From Nemertoderma westbladi (taxonomy: Eukaryota > Animalia > Xenacoelomorpha): DNA of 53,333 nt. The stretch lies in contig JAUCBJ010004023.1 in NCBI GenBank assembly GCA_032718475.1, positions 1-53,333 on the forward strand, given 5' to 3'. Positions within the stretch are counted from its first letter, which is position 1. Every line of letters begins with the position of its first letter. A program made the translations under genes and the position numbers. Below the pieces are notes generated by a model that was given only the letters and a program-made list of their open reading frames with translations, was not told the origin of the DNA and did not search any database. Shown here piece by piece: positions 45,334-53,333 of this stretch.

Positions 45334-47444
45334 ATTCAGGAGTAGTTTAGATACCGGTACATGGTGATACCTACATATATATATATATATACTGTAGTTT
45401 GTAAAAATTTAGTAACCGAACTTTGTATCCTCACAAAATTGTTAAAAAACTGTATTGTTAATTAATTACTAAACTAAATTTCATTATGGATTGGCGCGGT
45501 GTGGGTGTGTTTATAAATTTATATAGTGACATGTGTTACATGTGAAAATATGACATTTTACATTACGTTGAAATTCTGTTTTTTTCTTCTGATATAACTA
45601 CATCGTAAATAATAAATATATGTCATATATTTTTTTTTATATATACATACATAATAGTCATAGGTCGATGTAAATGATGCAAAGTTTGCTGCCTGCTCAA
45701 AACACGCCTAGTCTGATGTAACATTATAAAAATCTAACCAAAACAATTCGAAAAGACATTGAAAACTACAAAATACTACAGGTATATCAGAAGAAATTTT
45801 AAAGAAATTTTATAGAAATAAAAGATCTTCATGGCTAAAATTGTGAATTTCATTTCAAACGGAAAGTTAAAGCCATGATTACATGGACGTGAAATAGGAA
45901 TGTAAATTGTCTAGGTATACCAATTTATAACAGTGTTTTTTATATGCAAGGTGCTAAAAGTAAGTATTATACAAATTGTTTTATTACATTTATGCAATAT
46001 ATATAATACTACTTTATATATAACAGTTAATTTTATGCAGGAAAAGTAATTATTGTCTATATTTTGATACAATATGTGGTGTAGGCCTATATAATTTTAC
46101 TGTATTTTGTTGCACATTTGAGAATATTTAATCTCATACTTCTAAATTCTAATGTTATCTTACAATTTACATCAGATTTGGAATCAGCATTGCCTAATTA
46201 TGTATAATACATATGTGCAAAGCTTCTTCCCATATATTAGTTCTCTTTTGGTCGCTGGATGCACATATCTCTGCATCTATCAATCCTTATCTTAAAATGC
46301 TTTGAAGTACAGTATAGTATTGTTGTATATCATGCACCATATCATTTTAAAATACAAATCAGATGCGATTTTTGGGTTCTGCACTTAAAATCAGTCAAAA
46401 TCAAATTAAACGAACAGTTCCTAGATATAATTAACCAAAAGTTAAGTTTTGTGGCCAATTATTGATATCGTACCAAATGGCGCTTAGGCACAAATTAGTG
46501 ATGTTTGTGCAAGCATTTCCCATGGGGTTGTGATGAATTTTTTTTACTAAACATAGCTTTGAATGGTTAGACAATGCTAAAATCGAGATTAACTGAAATA
46601 AGATGCGGGGAGGTAGACCTACAAAATGTTAATGCCAATATTTCAATATGTCCTTGGCGTAATCAATTGAATGATCGATTGATGAGTTGTGCCGGGCTTA
46701 AGCTTTTGTGTGATATCTCAAAAACTACTAGCTTAGCACTTGTTTTGAAGGTATCTACACCCACTAAATCGATGACTGCGGTTCAAATAAGCCTAAAATT
46801 AACTCTGCACGACCAACAGAAGCCTTCATATCAGCAAACTCTATTATATTCTTCGCGCGCGATCAATCGGTGACCAGACACTCAACTTCAGTGTGTTTGA
46901 GCTACCTCTAATATTTGATGTACATGCTTAAAATTTCGCATGTCGTATTTTTTGACGAAATGGAAACATTTGAGGGGGTCAGAGATGATAAATTCCAACC
47001 TTTCAAAATAAGGACCACCCTAATATATATACAATACGATCGAAGGCATATTTCATATTCAGTTAGTAAATAATACAGTTACTTTTGTATTACAAATTAA
47101 TATCATTAGGAGCTTGGTTTAATGTCTTATCGTTATTTGATGCGTTATTTTATAATTTATGTTCAATTAATTATTGCAATTTAGTGCAATAGGCCTACTC
47201 ATACGCAGTAGTTACGCTACCACCGTGCATGTATTGATAGTGTCATATGCAGTAGGAGGAGTATGGGGTAGTAATACAATAGTTTTATATTTTAATGCAA
47301 TATATTGTAATTAATCTTGAAATGCAATAATATCCTTTTGATTTATTTCCTTTTGTTAATTTGCTTCCTAATACATATTGTCGTTTTTTATATTTTTTTT
47401 ATCGTTTTTATGGGCGAGGTACGGATTTGGTTGTGGGTTGGTCA

Positions 47445-50068
47445 TCATGGGGTTGGGTTGAGGTACTGGGTCGGGCACGGACATAGGGCTGAGAGACAGG
47501 GTCGTACATGGGGGTTGAGGGTCGTACATGGGGGTTGAGGTACGGGGTCGGACATGGGGGTGAGGTGCAAGGTCAGACATGGGGGTGAGGTACGGGGTAG
47601 GACATGGGGTTGAGGTGCAGGGTCGAGCATGGGGGTGAGGTACAGGGTCGTACATGGGGGTTGATGTACGGGGTCGGACATGGGGGTGAGGTACGGGGTC
47701 GGACATGGGGGTGAGGTACAGGGTCGGACATGGGGGTGAGGTACGGGGTCGGGCATGGGGGTGAGGTACGGGGTCGGGCATGGGCGTTGAGTTACGCGGT
47801 CGTACATGGGGGTTGAGGTACGGGGTCGGACATGGGGGTGAGGTACAGAGTCGGACATGGGGGTGAGGTACGGGGTCGGGCATGGGCGTTGAGTTACGCG
47901 GTCGTACATGGGGGTTGAGGTACGGGGTCGGACATGGGGGTGAGGTACAGAGTCGGACATGGGGTGAGGTACAGGATCGGACATGGGGGTGAGGTACGGG
48001 GTCGGGCATGGGGGTGAGGTACAGGGTCGTACATGGGGATTGATGTACGGGGTCGGGCACGGGGTCGTACATGGGGGTTGAGGTACGGGGTCGGACATGG
48101 GGTTGAGGTACGGGGTCGGGCATGGGGGTGAGGTACAGGGTCGGGCATGGGGGTGAGGTACGGGGTCGGACATGGGGTTGAGGTCCAGGGTCGAGCATGG
48201 GGGTGAGGTACAGGGTCGAACATGGGGGTTGATGTACGTGGTCGGGCACGGGGTCGTACATGGGGGTGAGGTACAGAGTCGGACATGGGGGTGAGGTACA
48301 GGATCGGACATGGGGGTGAGGTACAGGATTGGACATGGGGGTGAGCTACGGGGTCGGGCATGGGGGTGAGGTACAGGGTCGTACATGGGGGTTGATGTAC
48401 GGGGTCGGGCACGGGGTCGTACATGGGGGTTGAGGTACGGGGTCGGACATGGGGGTGAGGTGCTGGGTCGGACATGGGGGGTGAGGTACAGAGTCGGACA
48501 TGGGGGTGAGGTACAGGGTAGGGCATGGGGGTTGAGGTACGCGGTCGGACATGGGGGTAAGGTACGGAGTCGGGCATGGGGGTTGAGGTACGGGGTCGTA
48601 CATGGGGGTGAGGTGCTGGGTCGGACATGGGGGTGAGGTACAGGGTCGGACATGGGGGTGATGTACGGGGTCGGGCATGGGGGTGAGGTACAGGGTCGGA
48701 CATGGGGGTGAGGTACGGGGTCGTACATGGGGGTGAGGTGCTGGGTCGGACATGGGGGTGAGGTACAGGGTAGGACATGGGGGTGATGTGCTGGGTCGGA
48801 CATGGGGGGTGAGGTACAGAGTCGGACATGGGGGTGAGGTACAGGGTCGGACATGGGGGTGAGGTACGGGGTCGGGCATGGGGGTTGAGGTACGGGGTCG
48901 AACATGGGGGTGAGGTGCTGGGTCGGACATGGGGGTGAGGTACAGGGTCGGACATGGGGGTGAGGTACGGGGTCGGGCATGGGGGTGAGGTACAGGGTCG
49001 GACATGGGGGTGAGGTGCTGGGTCGGACATGGGGGTGAGGTACAGGGTAGGGCATGGGGGTTGAGTTACGGGGTCGGGCATGGGGGTTGAGGTACAGAGT
49101 CGGACATGGGGGTAAGGTACAGGGTCGGGCATGGGGGTTGAGGTACGGGGTCGGACATGGGGGTGAGGTACGGGGTCGGGCATGGGGGTTGAGGTACGGG
49201 GTCGGGCATGGGGGTGAGGTACGGGGTCGTACATGGGGGTTGAGGTACGGGGTCGAACATGGGGGTGAGGTTCGGGGTCGAACATGGGGGTGAGGTACAG
49301 AGTCGGACATGGGGGTGAGGTACGGGGTCGGACATGGGGTTGAGGTACGGGGTCGGACATGGGGGTGAGGTGCTGAGTCGGACATGGGGGTGAGGTACAG
49401 GGTAGGGCATGGGGTTGAGTTACGGGGTCGTACATGGGGGTTGAGGTACGCGGTCGGACATGGGGGTGAGGTACGGGGTCGGGCATGGGGGTGAGGTACG
49501 GGGTCGGGCATGGGCGTTGAGTTATGCGGTCGTACATGGGGGTTGAGGTACGGGGTCGGACATGGGGGTGAGGTGCTGGGTCGGACATGGGGGTGAGGTA
49601 CAGAGTCGGACATGGGGGTGAGGTACGGGGTCGGACATGGGGGTGAGGTGCTGGGTCGGACATGGGGGTGAGGTACAGAGTCGGACATGCGGGTTGAAGT
49701 ACGGGGTCGGACATGGGGGTGAGGTACAGGGTAGGGCATGGGGGTTGAGTTACGGGGCCGTACATGGGGGTTGAGGTACGCGGTCGGACATGGGGGTGAG
49801 GTACGGGGTCGGACATGGGGGTGAGGTACAGGGTCGGACATGGGGGTGAGGTACGGGGTCGGACATGGGGGTGAGGTACGGGGTCGGGCATGGGGGTTGA
49901 GGTACGGGGTCGGGCATGGGGGTGAGGTACAGGGTCGGGCATGGGGGTGAGGTACGGGGTCGGGCATGGGCGTTGAGTTACGCGGTCGTACATGGGGGTT
50001 GAGGTACGGGGTCGGACATGGGGGTGAGGTACAGAGTCGGACATGGGGGTGAGGTACGGGGTCGGGCA
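47445..50068 (+). repeat. 25/26-bp G-rich minisatellite, about 100 copies
   Basis: CATGGGGGTGAGGTACGGGGTCGGA and variants; unit starts at 47679, 47704 and 47729. Confidence 0.97.
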
Positions 50069-51402
50069 TTGTATGGGACCCCCGCTGCATGCGTCTATCC
50101 CCACTGCCTTAATGTGAAAGATAACGCCGGCCACCGAAATGCCACAGCCACTCTAGCAACCGCTAGCGTAGTAACCCGTTACTTTACGTCCGTCGGCTAC
50201 CACACACTTCTAATCCAACAAAGGCCCTTCCCAGTGGCACTTGTTTTCCCGAGGAGAATGGGCAGAAGGGTACAGGGTACATCAATAGCTACGGACAGGA
50301 TGGCAATTACTTCCCCCTTTGCTTACGCAGGTGGACAATAACATCAATATCAAAGAATATAATATGTTGTATATTTAGTATTGATTGAAACAAAGGGTTA
50401 CGTAATTTGTAATATTGATATACACTTACCAACAAATAATTCGTCCGGACGCTACCACCCGTTCCTCCTGAATTGCACTGCACTGTAGGCCTTGCGTCTA
50501 TGAGAAGATCCGCACACAAATAAATATTACAGCATAAAACTTAACTTAACTAGATAATACGGCCACATTGGACTACGTAATACTTGAAATAATAAACAAT
50601 GGAGGGATGTAAATATTATGTCTGACTGTAAAATACGTTGTAATTGTAAGATTTTAATAGCACAAGTGTAAATGATAATTTGTAATTTAACTGTCAGAAC
50701 CTGAACCTGAACCTGGTAACAAATAAGAGTAAATTACCATCCCTCCAAAACTAATTAAAGCTACCAACAGAGTCAACTGAATAACAAGGAGAGAGTGCAA
50801 ATAAATTGTTGTTACTGCTATTATATAGTATAAGAGTTGACCTCTATAATTACTTATTACCACTAGGAACTGAGCAACATAATTGGCTGTAATAATAACG
50901 GCATTAATAATCTGATGCAGGGCCAATCAGAGGACGGCTTCTGCTGAATAGGTATGTCGAATAGAGTGTACCGTAATATATTGGCATTGTTACTGAACAT
51001 TATTGGTGTGTAATGTATAAATATAAATTGGATCTGAGATTCATAGACGCTCTACCATTACAGTGCTTCCTAAAAAAAATATTTTTTGAAAAAAATTTAT
51101 TTTTAAAAACCCGGATATGAATCTACAGAGACATGTCAGCGAAATTGATATAGGCCTATTTGAAACTGAAAGTAAATTCCAGTTATATATCCACACCTCC
51201 CAATTTGATAAATTTATGAAACTGAAAACCCATAACCCTTTGGAATGAACGAGTGGCGTTGTCCCTACACTACAAATTGCACAAGTTATCATTTTGCTTA
51301 AAAAATATGTTATATGTTACTTAATATTTCTACTAAAACCGTCACCAAAAGGTCCCATAGTTCACCTAAGCTGAACTCTTGAGTTTACGATAGATCCGAG
51401 TC

Positions 51403-52080
51403 TGTTGAAGTCATAACAATCCATGAGAATCTCATTGTGTGCATCAGTGTCGTCGAATCAGTTGTGATATGTCGGTACTTCGTGACGTCATCGACCCGAT
51501 TATGTTTATTCAACCCTAGCGCTCTCTGGATTAATCGAAACGAACACGGAATCAACACCAGCGCTCCCTGCGCTAGCGAATTAATCGAACGAAACCGACT
51601 CAACACCAGGGCTCCCTGCGCTAGCGAATTAATCGAACGAAACCGACTCAACACCAGCGCTCCCTGCGCTAGCGAATTAATCGAACGAAACCGACTCAAC
51701 ACCAGCGCTCCCTGCGCTAGCGAATTAATCCCATAATGAACTGATATACCCATAATGAACTGATATACGACGTCATCTTTGCTAAAACTTCATTCATACT
51801 TAGATTTCAGCTTGGTGATAGGTCCCCGTAGATACATCGAAGCCAAGTAGAGCACATGAAAACGAAATGAATATGAATTAGTTACTTATTTACGTAGATA
51901 CATATAATACACATACATACAAATCAAATTGATGAAAATCATTCCAGATTCAAACAATTATGACTTCAATATTTCCCACATAATTAAAGTTTATTATCTT
52001 TCTAGTTTGTTAGCATAAATCAATATAGCTTCTAAATTACAATGACTACCGATATTAATCTTCTATGACTGAAGAATTCA
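51403..52080 (-). repeat. Putative 3' LTR, about 678 bp
   Basis: On the - strand, the PPT GGAAGGGAAGAAG (52093-52081) is followed directly by TGAATT. AATAAA lies near 51505 and the end TTCAACA at 51403. The second LTR is not in the window. Confidence 0.6.
51531..51730 (+). repeat. 48-bp tandem repeat, about 4 copies, inside the LTR
   Basis: TTAATCGAACGAAACCGACTCAACACCAGCGCTCCCTGCGCTAGCGAA at 51581, 51629 and 51677, plus a variant copy from 51531. Confidence 0.93.
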
Positions 52081-53333
52081 CTTCTTCCCTTCCTGCATTG
52101 TTAGCGGGAAATGTACAACCCTCTAGCAAGCAGAGTTTCGAAATATCTCTGGAATATATGCGGCCGTTGTAGCGAACTTTCACTGAACGCACTAGGTTGT
52201 CTTCTCCCACATCAACAGAGTCTACTACCGCCGTTACCCATGTTCCCCTCACCTTGGTATCGGTCATCACTAATACTAGGTCTCCCTTACGAATGTTACG
52301 TTTCTTTGTGAACCATCGCTGTCGCTCTCTCAACAATGGAATGTACTCATCAATCCATCGATCCCAGAACACCTTAGCCAGGATCTGCCCTTGCTGCCAA
52401 GTTCGTTTCGAATATATAGCATTGGTGTCGAATTGACCTGGAACCTTCGAAGCTGGCCGCCGTAGCAACAAGTCATTTGGAGTTAACGGTTGATCTGCAG
52501 TAGGGTCGTCAGATGGCGCGTACAGTGGTCTAGAGTTCAATGACCTGGCAATTTCCGCTAAAGCTGTACGTAAAGTATCCTCATCAACTAAATGGCTACC
52601 AATGGACGACCTTAGGGCGTCCTTAACGATCTTTATAAGGCGCTCCCAAACACCAGATGTATGGCTAGCATATGGGGTGTGGAACGTCCACTTAGTCTCT
52701 GGTCCTAAGCTGTTCTCAATTATTCCAGAATCCCACTCTACCATGGCTTCCCGAAGTTCCCGCTCCGCCCCTACGAAACAAGTACCATTGTCTGATCTGA
52801 TGAGTTTCACATCTCCATGGCAACAAATAAAACGTCTATATACATTGATAAATGATGCAGCTGATGCATCGTATGCAATATCCAATGCAACTGCTCGGCT
52901 GGTTAGACAAGTGAATATCGCACCCCAGCGCTTCTCACTTCGTCGACCGATCTTAACAGTCATGGGTCCCCAATAGTCCACACCCGTGAAAGTAAAAGGA
53001 GGTTCGTAGGCGGTTAATCTTTCAAGTGGCAATGGCGCCATGAGTTGTTTCATCACAGTTGGATGATTACGCTTGCAAATGATGCAGTTTGATAATATAT
53101 TTCTCACTAAAGCTTGGCCCCCCACAATCCAAAATCGCTTCCTAACATTGGTTAGAGTGTGGTCTCTTCCTGCATGTAAATTATAGCGGTGAATTTGATG
53201 AACTATACGAGTTGCGATTATATCACTTCGATGTATGATGATGGGTTCTTTCATATCTCGATCAAATGGCGCCTTAATAATTCGAGATCCCATACGAATA
53301 ACATTATTCTCGTCCAAAAAAGGGCGGAGTTTA
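52055..53333 (-). CDS. BEL/Pao polyprotein C-terminus (HHCC zinc finger, rve integrase, C-terminal domain), partial
   Basis: H..LHAG..RKRFWI..CIICKR, MAPLPLERL, TGVDYWGP, FTCLTSRAV, SDNGTCF, GVWERLIK, LNSRPL, LTPNDLL, FWDRWIDEY, GDLVLV. Confidence 0.95.
   Translation of the reverse strand, partial: KLRPFLDENNVIRMGSRIIKAPFDRDMKEPIIIHRSDIIATRIVHQIHRYNLHAGRDHTLTNVRKRFWIVGGQALVRNILSNCIICKRNHPTVMKQLMAPLPLERLTAYEPPFTFTGVDYWGPMTVKIGRRSEKRWGAIFTCLTSRAVALDIAYDASAASFINVYRRFICCHGDVKLIRSDNGTCFVGAERELREAMVEWDSGIIENSLGPETKWTFHTPYASHTSGVWERLIKIVKDALRSSIGSHLVDEDTLRTALAEIARSLNSRPLYAPSDDPTADQPLTPNDLLLRRPASKVPGQFDTNAIYSKRTWQQGQILAKVFWDRWIDEYIPLLRERQRWFTKKRNIRKGDLVLVMTDTKVRGTWVTAVVDSVDVGEDNLVRSVKVRYNGRIYSRDISKLCLLEGCTFPANNAGREEVNSSVIED

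Larger units (their letters stand above)
51403..53333 (-). mobile_element. 3' end of a BEL/Pao LTR retrotransposon, continuing beyond the window
   Basis: BEL-type integrase ORF followed by a polypurine tract and a TG...CA bounded LTR candidate. Confidence 0.9.

Noticed and set aside
47317-50134. Long Pro/His-rich ORFs (881, 746 and 322 aa and others)
   Set aside because: They are translations of a 25-bp minisatellite. All three - strand frames are open and the period is not a multiple of 3.
51385-51753. 122-aa and 99-aa repetitive ORFs
   Set aside because: They are translations of the 48-bp LTR repeat.

Overview
AT-rich eukaryotic, probably invertebrate, genomic DNA. About 1-15.5 kb is a decaying endogenous Polinton/Maverick (adintovirus-like) element that runs off the left edge. 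Its + strand block carries a pX-like core gene split by a Penelope insertion, an integrase, two tandem minor capsid (penton) genes, a pVII-like core gene, the major capsid, an adenain-like protease and a conserved small ORF. Its convergent - strand block carries a PC4-like protein, a frameshifted protein-primed PolB, a TATA-binding-protein-like gene and an ORFan, and a cluster of TATA boxes lies between the blocks. The intact TBP-like and PC4-like pair inside a Polinton is the most notable feature. The rest is host DNA with an intronless SLC13 transporter, a 6.6-kb ORF with a probable TASOR-like C-terminal domain, LINE/SINE/MITE relics, several minisatellites born inside retroelements, frequent short insertions that resemble transposon excision footprints, and the 3' end of a BEL/Pao retrotransposon. 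All family calls are by-eye motif recognition; no searches were run.
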